A stretch of 55,853 bases of DNA from Clostridia bacterium. GTDB taxonomy: Bacteria > Bacillota > Clostridia > RUG12999. The stretch covers positions 1 through 55,853 of the forward strand of contig JAZQCS010000071.1 in assembly GCA_045546415.1 (NCBI GenBank). The letters run 5' to 3'. Shown here piece after piece: positions 48,033 through 55,853 of the stretch (its first letter is position 1; each line of letters begins with the position of its first letter). A model generated the notes under the pieces. It made no database searches, had not been told where the DNA came from, and saw only the letters and a program-made list of their open reading frames with translations. The position numbers and the translations under genes are program-made.

Positions 48033-48896
48033 ATGAAAGCTTTTACCACCTATTTTGCCACCCGTGAAACAGACCCTGAAGCCGGTGGCTTATGTATGTT
48101 TTTCAGGGGATGTGCTTTTACCCATCCCCACAACCATGATTATTATGAAATATTCCTTACCCTTACCGGTAAGCTTACCCATTTTGTAAATGGGGTAAAA
48201 CAGGTTCTGCCCGAAGGAAGCCTTGTTTTTGTCCGCCCAAGTGATGCTCATTCCTTCAGTTCTGACACGCCTTCCGAGGTTTCCTACATTAACCTCACCT
48301 TCACAAAGGAAACCGCTGAAGAGCTTTTTGAATATCTTTCCGAGGGGTTCCCCTCCGCCCACCTGTTAAAAGCACAGATGCCTCCTTCCGTTCTGCTTAC
48401 AACCTCACAGAAAAACAAGCTTTACTCGGAAATTGACGAGCTCAACCTTGTTAACTGGCAGGACAAAAAACAACTCAAGCTCCGGCTTCGTGTGTTACTG
48501 ATTAATATTTTTTCCAGGTATTTTTCAAATGTTCCTGCCGCACAAAACGATATACCCGTGTGGCTTATACGCCTCAGCGATAAAATGGCTCAGCCCGAAA
48601 ACTTCACGGCAGGTGCAGAGCGTATGATTGAGTTGTGTCATAAAAGTCGTGAGCACCTGACACGAAGCCTGAAAAAACATTACGGTCTTTCCCTTACGGG
48701 ATACATAAATGACCTCAGGCTCAACTACGCCTCAAACCTTCTTATTAACAGCAACACGCCCATACTCGATATATGCTTCAACTGCGGTTTTCAGAATGTA
48801 AGTCTGTTTTACAGAGTTTTCAAAAAAAAGTTCGGGCTCACTCCCTTAAGCTTCAGAAAAAAATATACTACAACTGAAAATCTTCTGTCATCCTGA
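48033..48896 (+). CDS. AraC-family regulator (ChbR/CelD-like), divergent from GH38
   Basis: HNHDYYEIFL cupin, FVRPSDAH, KSREHLTR, ILDICFNCGFQNVSLFYRVFKKKFGLTP. Confidence 0.92.
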   Translation: MKAFTTYFATRETDPEAGGLCMFFRGCAFTHPHNHDYYEIFLTLTGKLTHFVNGVKQVLPEGSLVFVRPSDAHSFSSDTPSEVSYINLTFTKETAEELFEYLSEGFPSAHLLKAQMPPSVLLTTSQKNKLYSEIDELNLVNWQDKKQLKLRLRVLLINIFSRYFSNVPAAQNDIPVWLIRLSDKMAQPENFTAGAERMIELCHKSREHLTRSLKKHYGLSLTGYINDLRLNYASNLLINSNTPILDICFNCGFQNVSLFYRVFKKKFGLTPLSFRKKYTTTENLLSS

Positions 48897-48902
48897 AAAA
48901 GT

Positions 48903-48935
48903 GAAATCCGTCCCGGAAGGGACGGATTTCGTTTT
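48903..48935 (+). terminator. Intrinsic terminator after the AraC gene
   Basis: GAAATCCGTCCC-GGAA-GGGACGGATTTC followed by GTTTT. Confidence 0.75.
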
Positions 48936-48960
48936 GTGTGTGGCAACCTTTGAAACAAGC

Positions 48961-49126
48961 AAAAAAGGTGCATCAACTTAAAGTCAATGCACCCGAAAAA
49001 TGCATTGCTCCTTTTGTTACCACACAAATTCATCACTATGCCACCAAGGGATGCGAGAATAGAGAATGCATTTTTACCAAAGATAAAAAGGCACCCTTAG
49101 CGGATAACATATTGAATTTGTGTGGT
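48961..49126 (-). ncRNA. Candidate ~166-nt structured small RNA, family not recognised
   Basis: Own promoter (49133-49161), 14-bp perfect 5' closing stem, inner stem with G:U pairs only on the minus strand, terminal hairpin followed by U6; no credible ORF. Confidence 0.68.
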
Positions 49127-49132
49127 GATATA

Positions 49133-49161
49133 AGTATACCACATATCTTTATAAATGTCAA
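49133..49161 (-). promoter_or_regulatory. Sigma-A promoter driving the candidate sRNA
   Basis: Minus strand TTGACA-17-TATACT with extended TG, located downstream of the terminator at 49176-49208. Confidence 0.8.
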
Positions 49162-49175
49162 ATTTTTTTGCATAC

Positions 49176-49208
49176 AAAAAAGCGGTTCCTGTCCGGGAAC
49201 CGCTTTTT
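49176..49208 (-). terminator. Intrinsic terminator of the 669-aa gene
   Basis: AAAAAGCGGTTCC-loop-GGAACCGCTTTTT. Confidence 0.82.
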
Positions 49209-49210
49209 GC

Positions 49211-51220
49211 TTATATATTAAGACAATCTTCTGTACCGTCAAGCTCAAGAAGAGCTTCACCGTTTCTTTTAAGGTGTTTCAGGTTGCCTGCAACAAATTT
49301 TTCAATGTTGCCTCTGCCGTCTGTTTTAAGGGCAAGGGTTCCCCGGAATTCCGCTTCAAACTTAAAGCCGTCAAGCTCAAATTCGTATGTACAGAAACCG
49401 TCATTCATAACAGAATCGTAATCGGAAATTACAACTGCACCGTCCTCAGTTACACAACCGCATTTAATTTTGTTCTGTGTAAGGTTCAGCGCCGAAACAA
49501 TGTCAGCATCCTCGTTAAGAAAATACTCGTTTCCGAAACCAAAGCCGGCAGGCTCTCCGCCAAAGCCACGGGTCAGCTTGCCTATAACCTTCATTTCCAC
49601 GCCCTGCTTTGCGGCACCGTTAAGAAAATCAATCACCTCAGGCTTTGAATATTCAGGATACAGATAAAGCAACTTTTTGAACCTATGACCGCAGAAATCA
49701 ATTTCACCGTCCACCACTTTAATTCTGCCGTCCTCAATTGCATTGGAAGGTGCAAGTGCGTTGAAATAGCCGGTATTCCAAAGCTTTTCCGTTCTGCCCA
49801 TAATATCAATTTTACCGTTAATGTCTGTGTTGTTTCTGGCAGAATAGTCCGGGTACCAGTTACAAAGCTCCGGAAAACCGAACACGGTAAGAAGCTCCAT
49901 TTTTGGCTGTTTTGTATCAAAAGCATTCAGCAGATTAATTTTGCTTTCAATTTTTCCGATTTTAGCAAGGAAATCCTCTGAACCGGTATCCACGCCCCAA
50001 AATCCGTCGTTCATTGCGTGGTAATGAATTCGTGTGTTGTAACGGGCATCGCGGACAGCCTTTTCAAAGAAAGCTTCTTCCTTTTGATGATAGAACATAT
50101 CGTAAACAATGCTTTCCTCCCAGCAGCAGGACATACCTGCTCTTACGGGGTAGCCTATATCCTCATCGGTCTGTGCATATTTTCTGGGTACATCCCACCA
50201 GTTACAGCCGGTTGCCCAAAGCTCGTCGTTCTGCAGGCGGTTATGGAAGGTGTTATGCACGCCTATGAATATGTTTTCTCCAAAAACCTTTTTTGCACAA
50301 TCTGCCACAAAATTCTCAACTCTCAGAGTAGATGGACGCAGAACATCCCAGTAATTGTTAATTGCCTTAATTCGTATTTCCTCATTGCCTTCCGGACAGA
50401 AGCGCATTTCAAACATTGCTTTTACAAGACTTTCACCCTTTGTTTCCTCATAAACCCGGGCAAAATTCTGACCGTAAAACCTTTCACGCCACAACATTTC
50501 CTTAGCCAGAGGATTTTCCATAAACAAATGCTTGAACTCGTCAAGTCCGAAACCGTCAAAGGGAATATCTCCATAAGCCTCCATAAGGGCTTTGTAGTTT
50601 TCCTGATGTCCGTTGCCGAAAACATCAGGATATCCGCAATAATGTGCTGTAATTACATAAAGGGTATAACCCTCAAGGTCGCTTCGGTTCAGCTTAAGCT
50701 GAATTTCAAATGAATCTTCCGGATTTTCCGTTGCCACAACCTCATTTGTCAAATCAACAAGGCTGCCCTCTTCATATAAGCCTTCCCCGGTCTTTTTAAA
50801 CGCTGCCGCATAAAGAAGCTCACTTTTAAGCGCCGGTGCCGCCTCAAGATTCCTCAGGTTTTTTCCTCTTGCATTTATAACAGCCTCTCTCCCGTCGAGC
50901 AACTGTTCATACTCGGTAACAACTGCTTCTGCCTCCTGCCAGGGAGTATCCGACGGAGCAGACGACATAAATCCTCTCGGCCACACCTGAAGACCTATTT
51001 TAAGACCTTTTTTGTGGGCATATTCCACCATTTCCGCAAAAATGGGGCTGAACTTTTCAGTATCCCAGAAATTAAGCGAGCCTCTCTGTGTGAGAAAAAT
51101 CAGGTCAAAATCCGACTTATCTGCAAGAGTGTCAATATCCTTAAGGTAGTGCTTATCCGTAATAGTTTTTTCGTCCCAGAACCAATAATGAATTTTAGGG
51201 TGTCTTGAAATCATACTCAT
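49211..51220 (-). CDS. Hypothetical 669-aa protein, possibly a glycoside hydrolase-like TIM barrel
   Basis: Long ORF with AGAAGGAG RBS; IHYWFW, FDGFGLDEF motifs and CAZyme neighbourhood; family uncertain. Confidence 0.6.
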   Translation of the reverse strand: MSMISRHPKIHYWFWDEKTITDKHYLKDIDTLADKSDFDLIFLTQRGSLNFWDTEKFSPIFAEMVEYAHKKGLKIGLQVWPRGFMSSAPSDTPWQEAEAVVTEYEQLLDGREAVINARGKNLRNLEAAPALKSELLYAAAFKKTGEGLYEEGSLVDLTNEVVATENPEDSFEIQLKLNRSDLEGYTLYVITAHYCGYPDVFGNGHQENYKALMEAYGDIPFDGFGLDEFKHLFMENPLAKEMLWRERFYGQNFARVYEETKGESLVKAMFEMRFCPEGNEEIRIKAINNYWDVLRPSTLRVENFVADCAKKVFGENIFIGVHNTFHNRLQNDELWATGCNWWDVPRKYAQTDEDIGYPVRAGMSCCWEESIVYDMFYHQKEEAFFEKAVRDARYNTRIHYHAMNDGFWGVDTGSEDFLAKIGKIESKINLLNAFDTKQPKMELLTVFGFPELCNWYPDYSARNNTDINGKIDIMGRTEKLWNTGYFNALAPSNAIEDGRIKVVDGEIDFCGHRFKKLLYLYPEYSKPEVIDFLNGAAKQGVEMKVIGKLTRGFGGEPAGFGFGNEYFLNEDADIVSALNLTQNKIKCGCVTEDGAVVISDYDSVMNDGFCTYEFELDGFKFEAEFRGTLALKTDGRGNIEKFVAGNLKHLKRNGEALLELDGTEDCLNI

Positions 51221-51448
51221 TCTCCTTCTTTTTTGGGTATACTTTTATTGTATACTAAAAGCCGGTCTAAGTCAATGGTACAAGCATTGGTTTTATTGTC
51301 CGTTGTTTACTTTTTATTGTTTTCCCCACACCCTCTCAAAATCGCAATATAGTACAATCAAATTCTGTAATTCAAGCAATTTTATACATTTACATTTACG
51401 CAAAAACACGATATAATACAAATATATTTAATTTTTGAGGAGGCTATT

Positions 51449-53335
51449 ATGAGAATTTTTTTGTGTAAAACACCCCAGTCCCCTACCATCAGCCTTGCCT
51501 TGAGCGAGCTTGCCCGATACCTTGAGCTGATTGACCCCACCATGGTGGTTGAACAGGCTACCGTTCCATCTTTTAATGAAAAAACCGAAAATATGCTTTT
51601 TGTAGGTCTGATTTCTCCCGAAACCACACTTGATGACCGAATAATCATAAATGTTCATGGCGGCACCGGTTACATAAGCGGTTCAAATGAACGCTCGGTG
51701 CTTATTGCTGTTTACAAATTTCTTGAGACCCTTGGCTGTAAGTGGTTCCGTCCCGGTGCTGATGGGGAATTTATTCCTCAGCTGCTTCTTACCCCGGATG
51801 TGTTGACCCTTGAATACGATTATACCCCTTCATATCGCCACCGCGGTGTTTGTATTGAAGGCGGTGTTACATATCAGTCAGTATATAATATGATAAACTG
51901 GCTGCCCAAGGTGGGACTCAACGAGTATTTCGTACAGTTCCATAATCCCTGGTGCTTCTTTGATAATTGGAGAATGTACCACGAAGAGCTTGCACCCGGT
52001 GGAATTTCAAAGGAAGAATCTGCCCTTATGACAAAACGCCTGGAGGAAGAAATTTCCCTTCGCGGACTTGGTTACCACAAAGTGGGTCATGGCTGGACAT
52101 ATCCCCTTGTAGGAAAGGAAGGTACCGGCTGGTGCAAATATGACGACATAGTACCTGAAGATGTAAAAGGGCTCCTTGCGGAAATCAACGGCAAGCGTGA
52201 CCTTTGGGAGGAAAACCTTTTCAATACAAATCTATGCTATTCCAACCCCGTTGCCCGTGATAAATTCACAGACGGCATTGTTGAATACTGCAAGAAAAAT
52301 CCTCAGGTGAACTATCTTCATTTCTGGCTTGCCGATGCCATTAACAACCATTGCGAGTGTGCTGAATGTCAGAAAAAAATACCTTCAGATTTTTATGTTA
52401 TGATGCTTAACGAGCTTGACGAAAAGCTTACAGCAGAAGGGCTTGATACAAAAATTGTATTCCTTCTGTACCTTGACCTTATGTTCCCGCCCGAAACCGA
52501 AACCATCAAAAATTCCGACCGTTTTACACTTATGTATGCGAAGAGCAGAAAATATAACAAAACTATGGTTGAAGACCTGGCTGAAGCAGAAACGCTGCCG
52601 GAAATGAAATATGAACGAAACAAGGTGGATTTCGGAAATAACGGTGCCCTTTGTGTGAGCTTCCTTAAAAAGTGGCAGAAGGCTTTTGGTGGTGACAGCT
52701 TCTCCTTTGATTACCATATGATGTGGCATTACCAGATAGACCCCGGCTCATACAGAAACGCTTATGTTATGCACGAGGATATGAAAAACCTTGCAGCCCT
52801 TAAGCTTAACGGTGAAGTAAGCTGTCAGCTTCAGCGCGTATGGGTTCCCGTAAACCTTACGCTTTACGGCATGGCAAAGGCTCTTTGGGACAACACCAGC
52901 GAATTCTCCGATGTTGTAAAAGAGTATTTTGAAGGCACCTTTGACAAGGACGGTGAAAAGGTTGCCATGTACCTTAAAACCCTTTCCGACCTTTACGATT
53001 CCGATGATAAGGACAGATTCAAAAAAATCGTTGCCGAAATTGACCGAATGGCTCCGGTATGGGAAGAGAATTTTGCACAGGCAAAGCCAGGCAGTCCTTA
53101 TGAAATGTCCTGGAGATATCTTGTCAGACACGGTCAGTTTACACGAATTGCCCACGAAGGTCTTGACCTTAAGATAAACGGCGACCGGGCAGGTGCTGCG
53201 GCAAAGAGTGAGGAATGCAAAAAATTCGTGAAGGAAATAGAGCACGAAATCCATAACGGAATGGATGTTTTTGAATATGTCCGTATCACGCTTGTCCACG
53301 GTGGAAATGTTGGTCTCGGACTTATAAACGACTGA
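51449..53335 (+). CDS. DUF4838-like putative carbohydrate-active protein
   Basis: GSNERSVLIAVYKFLETLGCKWFRPG, PSYRHRGVCIEG, LCYSNP, LAD...HCECAEC; GAGGAGG RBS. Confidence 0.72.
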   Translation: MRIFLCKTPQSPTISLALSELARYLELIDPTMVVEQATVPSFNEKTENMLFVGLISPETTLDDRIIINVHGGTGYISGSNERSVLIAVYKFLETLGCKWFRPGADGEFIPQLLLTPDVLTLEYDYTPSYRHRGVCIEGGVTYQSVYNMINWLPKVGLNEYFVQFHNPWCFFDNWRMYHEELAPGGISKEESALMTKRLEEEISLRGLGYHKVGHGWTYPLVGKEGTGWCKYDDIVPEDVKGLLAEINGKRDLWEENLFNTNLCYSNPVARDKFTDGIVEYCKKNPQVNYLHFWLADAINNHCECAECQKKIPSDFYVMMLNELDEKLTAEGLDTKIVFLLYLDLMFPPETETIKNSDRFTLMYAKSRKYNKTMVEDLAEAETLPEMKYERNKVDFGNNGALCVSFLKKWQKAFGGDSFSFDYHMMWHYQIDPGSYRNAYVMHEDMKNLAALKLNGEVSCQLQRVWVPVNLTLYGMAKALWDNTSEFSDVVKEYFEGTFDKDGEKVAMYLKTLSDLYDSDDKDRFKKIVAEIDRMAPVWEENFAQAKPGSPYEMSWRYLVRHGQFTRIAHEGLDLKINGDRAGAAAKSEECKKFVKEIEHEIHNGMDVFEYVRITLVHGGNVGLGLIND

Positions 53336-53337
53336 TA

Positions 53338-53445
53338 AAGAGCTGGTTGTGAAACCAGCTCTTTTCATTTTAATCAATTTCCCGATGACCGTAGGGGTGT
53401 GTCGGTTTTGTTATCTTCAGGACACAGAACCGTCCCCTGTCTTTC
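53338..53445 (+). repeat. 108-bp direct repeat, copy A (terminator hairpin + CCGTAGGGG + GGACACAGAACCGTCCCCTGTC REP-like unit)
   Basis: Matches 55576-55683 at 106/108 positions by manual alignment. Confidence 0.92.
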
Positions 53446-53488
53446 AGGGCAAAGAACTTTCCGTTTTTCGCGGAGAAGTTTTTTGGTA

Positions 53489-53517
53489 TTGACATAAAGT
53501 ATAATTCATGATATAAT
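53489..53517 (+). promoter_or_regulatory. Consensus sigma-A promoter of the GH151-like gene
   Basis: TTGACA-17-TATAAT with extended TG; AAGGAGG RBS follows. Confidence 0.88.
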
Positions 53518-53550
53518 TTCCTAATAAAAAAAATAAGGAGGATTTTGTAT

Positions 53551-55509
53551 ATGAATTTCAGACAGGTACACCTTGATTTTCACACATCTGGGGCAATTGA
53601 CGGCATCGGAGCAAAATTTGACAAAAAACAGTTTCAGGAGGCACTTAAAGCAGGACATGTAAACTCAATTACCGTGTTTTCAAAGTGCCATCACGGTTGG
53701 GCGTATCATCCGTCTAAGGCTAATGAGACTCACCCCGGACTTAAGTTTGACCTTTTAAAGGCACAAATTGAGGCGGCTCATGAAATTGGTGTAAAAACTC
53801 CGGTTTATCTTTCAGCAGGTATTGATGAAAAATATGCAAGAAAATATCCCATGCACCTCCATTTTGATGACAGAAGCATCTCTTACAACCATTTCAACGG
53901 ACCGGGATTTCATCGTCTTTGTTTAAATACTCCTTACCTTGATGTTCTTCTTGACCAGATAACTGAGGTTGTTACAAATTATGATGCAGACGGCATTTTT
54001 CTCGATATTGTCGGAGCGTGTTTGTGTTACTGCCCTACATGTTTGGCTATGATGCTTGAACGCGGACTTGACCCTGCCAAGCAGGAAGATGCACTTAAAC
54101 TGGGTGAAGAAGTCTATGCAAACTATCTGAAACGTGTAAGGGAAACAATAGATGCGGTAAAACCCGGTCTCCCCGTGTTCCACAACGGCGGACATATTCG
54201 TCAGGGCAGACGTGACCATGCCTATGCAAACTCACATCTTGAACTTGAAAGCTTGCCTACCGGCGGTTGGGGATATGACCATTTTCCGTTTTCGGCACGT
54301 TATGCACAAAATTTAGGAATGGAATTTCTTGGAATGACAGGAAAGTTCCATACAATGTGGGGCGAGTTTGGCGGATACAAGCATCCCAATGCCATAAAGT
54401 ATGAGGTTGCACTCAGTGCCGCCCACGGTGCAAAGTGCTCCATAGGTGACCAGATGCCTCCTGACGGGCATATGGATATGCGCACCTATGAACTTATCGG
54501 TGCAGGATACAGCGAGCTTGAGGAAAAAGAGGAGTGGCTTGATAACGTAACGCCTGTGTGCGATGTTGCTTTGTTGTCTCTTGAAGCATGCTATAACGAC
54601 TTGGGTTCCTCATATGCAGGACGAACTCTTACAAAATCCGATGTAGGTGCAGGCAGAATTCTGCTTGAGGGCAAATATGCCTTCTCTGTTATTGATAAGT
54701 ATGTTGATTTCGATAAGTTTAAGGTTATTATTCTTCCCGATAAGGTTGAACTTACAGAAGAGATTGCAAACAAGCTTAAAACTTTTGTAAAAGGCGGAGG
54801 AAAAATTCTTGCAACAGGCAGCTCGGCAATTTGTAACGGAGAATTTATGTTTGATTTTGGTGCAAAATGCGAAGGCGACTGCAAATTTGTGCCAAGCTAT
54901 GTTCGTCCTTTGTGGGATAACGACTACGAAAGTGATTTTGTAATGTATTCCCCCTGTAAAAAAATAAGTTTAAACGGCGGAACTGAGCTTGCAAAGCTGA
55001 TTGAACCCTATTTCAACAGAACAAAAGAACATTTCTGTTCACATCAGCACGCACCTTCATCAGGAAAATATGGTGGGGCAGGTATGGTGTGTGGTAAGGA
55101 TGGCATCTATATTGCATGGGAAATTTTTGAGGATTATGCAACAAAAGGCGAGCTTATTGCAAAGCAGGTTGTGTGTAAGGCCCTTGATGTATTGCTTGTG
55201 GGTGAAAAATCTCTTGTCACAAATCTTGGCAGCATAGGTGTTACTACACTTATGGAACAAAAGGACAAAAACAGAGTGATTGCTCATCTCCTTTATGCAA
55301 CACCCATTAAAAGGGGAGAAAAAATCGAGGTTATTGAGGATTTGCTTCCTGTTTGTGATACCGAGCTTGCGGTAAAACTTGATAAACCGGTTAAAAGAGT
55401 TTATCTTGCTCCCCAGGGGATTGAGCTTCCCTTTGAAACAGATGGAGATTATACAAGGGTCAGCGTTGACAAATTTGTTTGTCATCAGATGGTTGTTTTT
55501 GATATATGA
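53551..55509 (+). CDS. GH151-like alpha-L-fucosidase (GHL6 TIM barrel + GH42-type trimerisation domain)
   Basis: FRQVHLDFHTS, VNSITVFSKCHHGWAY, DGIFLDI, HLELESLPTGGWGYDHF, GMTGKFHTMWGEFGG, CSIGDQ. Confidence 0.82.
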   Translation: MNFRQVHLDFHTSGAIDGIGAKFDKKQFQEALKAGHVNSITVFSKCHHGWAYHPSKANETHPGLKFDLLKAQIEAAHEIGVKTPVYLSAGIDEKYARKYPMHLHFDDRSISYNHFNGPGFHRLCLNTPYLDVLLDQITEVVTNYDADGIFLDIVGACLCYCPTCLAMMLERGLDPAKQEDALKLGEEVYANYLKRVRETIDAVKPGLPVFHNGGHIRQGRRDHAYANSHLELESLPTGGWGYDHFPFSARYAQNLGMEFLGMTGKFHTMWGEFGGYKHPNAIKYEVALSAAHGAKCSIGDQMPPDGHMDMRTYELIGAGYSELEEKEEWLDNVTPVCDVALLSLEACYNDLGSSYAGRTLTKSDVGAGRILLEGKYAFSVIDKYVDFDKFKVIILPDKVELTEEIANKLKTFVKGGGKILATGSSAICNGEFMFDFGAKCEGDCKFVPSYVRPLWDNDYESDFVMYSPCKKISLNGGTELAKLIEPYFNRTKEHFCSHQHAPSSGKYGGAGMVCGKDGIYIAWEIFEDYATKGELIAKQVVCKALDVLLVGEKSLVTNLGSIGVTTLMEQKDKNRVIAHLLYATPIKRGEKIEVIEDLLPVCDTELAVKLDKPVKRVYLAPQGIELPFETDGDYTRVSVDKFVCHQMVVFDI

Positions 55510-55515
55510 GGATAA

Positions 55516-55558
55516 CGGTTTTGTCACCTTTCAGGACATAGAACCGTCCCCTGTCTTT
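55516..55558 (+). repeat. Diverged partial third copy of the REP-like part of the 108-bp repeat
   Basis: CGGTTTTGTCACCTTTCAGGACATAGAACCGTCCCCTGTCTTT versus 53403-53444. Confidence 0.8.
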
Positions 55559-55575
55559 TGTAATCTACATTAAAG

Positions 55576-55683
55576 AAGAGCTGGTTGTGAAACCAGCTCT
55601 TTTCATTTTAATCAATTTCCCGATGACCGTAGGGGTGTGTCGGGTTTGTTATCTTCAGGACACAGAACCGTCACCTGTCTTTC
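55576..55683 (+). repeat. 108-bp direct repeat, copy B
   Basis: Near-identical to 53338-53445 (2 substitutions). Confidence 0.92.
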
Positions 55684-55743
55684 GTGACTCCGAAGTCACG
55701 CCTTGGCTTTGTAGTTATGAAGTGTAAATCAACTCTTATGTAT

Positions 55744-55853
55744 CTCTCCCTCAGTCACCAAGAAAACTTGGTGCCAGCTCCCTCGTCAGAGGGAGCCTAT
55801 CCCCTGCCTCCACTTGTCAGGGGAGGTGGCTGTGGCTATGCCACAGCCGGAGG
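55744..55853. repeat. Two half-units of the palindromic repeat family seen at 20878-20998; window ends within it
   Basis: CCCTCAGTCACC...GGTGCCAGCTCCCTCGTCAGAGGGAGCC and GCCTCC...GGGGAGGTGGCTGTGGC...GCCACAGCCGGAGG. Confidence 0.7.

Noticed and set aside
48973-49005. Small peptide MHFSGALTLS inside the candidate sRNA, and ORFs 48938-49648 / 49036-49260
   Set aside because: SD-AUG spacing is only 2 nt and the peptide lies mostly in the terminator stem; the longer ORFs cross terminators and lack an RBS or recognisable motifs.

Overview
A 55.9-kb, probably whole-contig window from a Firmicute (Clostridia, Oscillospiraceae/Ruminococcaceae-like gene order and sigma-A promoters). It begins with an untrimmed MGI/DNBSEQ adapter (1-47) and ends inside a palindromic repeat. 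Most of it is housekeeping: rarA-azlCD, miaB-ylbF-mutS-mutL-miaA running into yggS-sepF-yggT-ylmH-divIVA-ileS, mltG-O-methyltransferase-U32 peptidase, fbp, and ylxM-ffh-rpsP-khpA-rimM-trmD. Accessory content comprises two tandem CBM6 + GH99-like paralogues, four divergent tandem lipoprotein paralogues, and a cluster of apparently cytoplasmic glycosidases (GH38, an unknown 669-aa protein, a DUF4838-like protein, GH151-like). No integrase, transposase, reverse transcriptase, CRISPR array, tRNA or rRNA was seen. The most interesting features are non-coding: (1) an unannotated ~166-nt structured RNA gene with its own promoter, terminator and possible pseudoknot (48961-49126, minus strand); (2) a 92-bp-period triplication of a gene's last 17 codons in which all differences are synonymous (25352-25586); (3) a promoter+GH151 cassette bounded by 108-bp direct repeats (53338-55683); (4) a GCTAAAT/hairpin array in the predicted leader of the lipoprotein-mltG operon (34921-35122); (5) hairpins lying between Shine-Dalgarno sequence and start codon. 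All family assignments come from motif recognition by eye, not from database searches.
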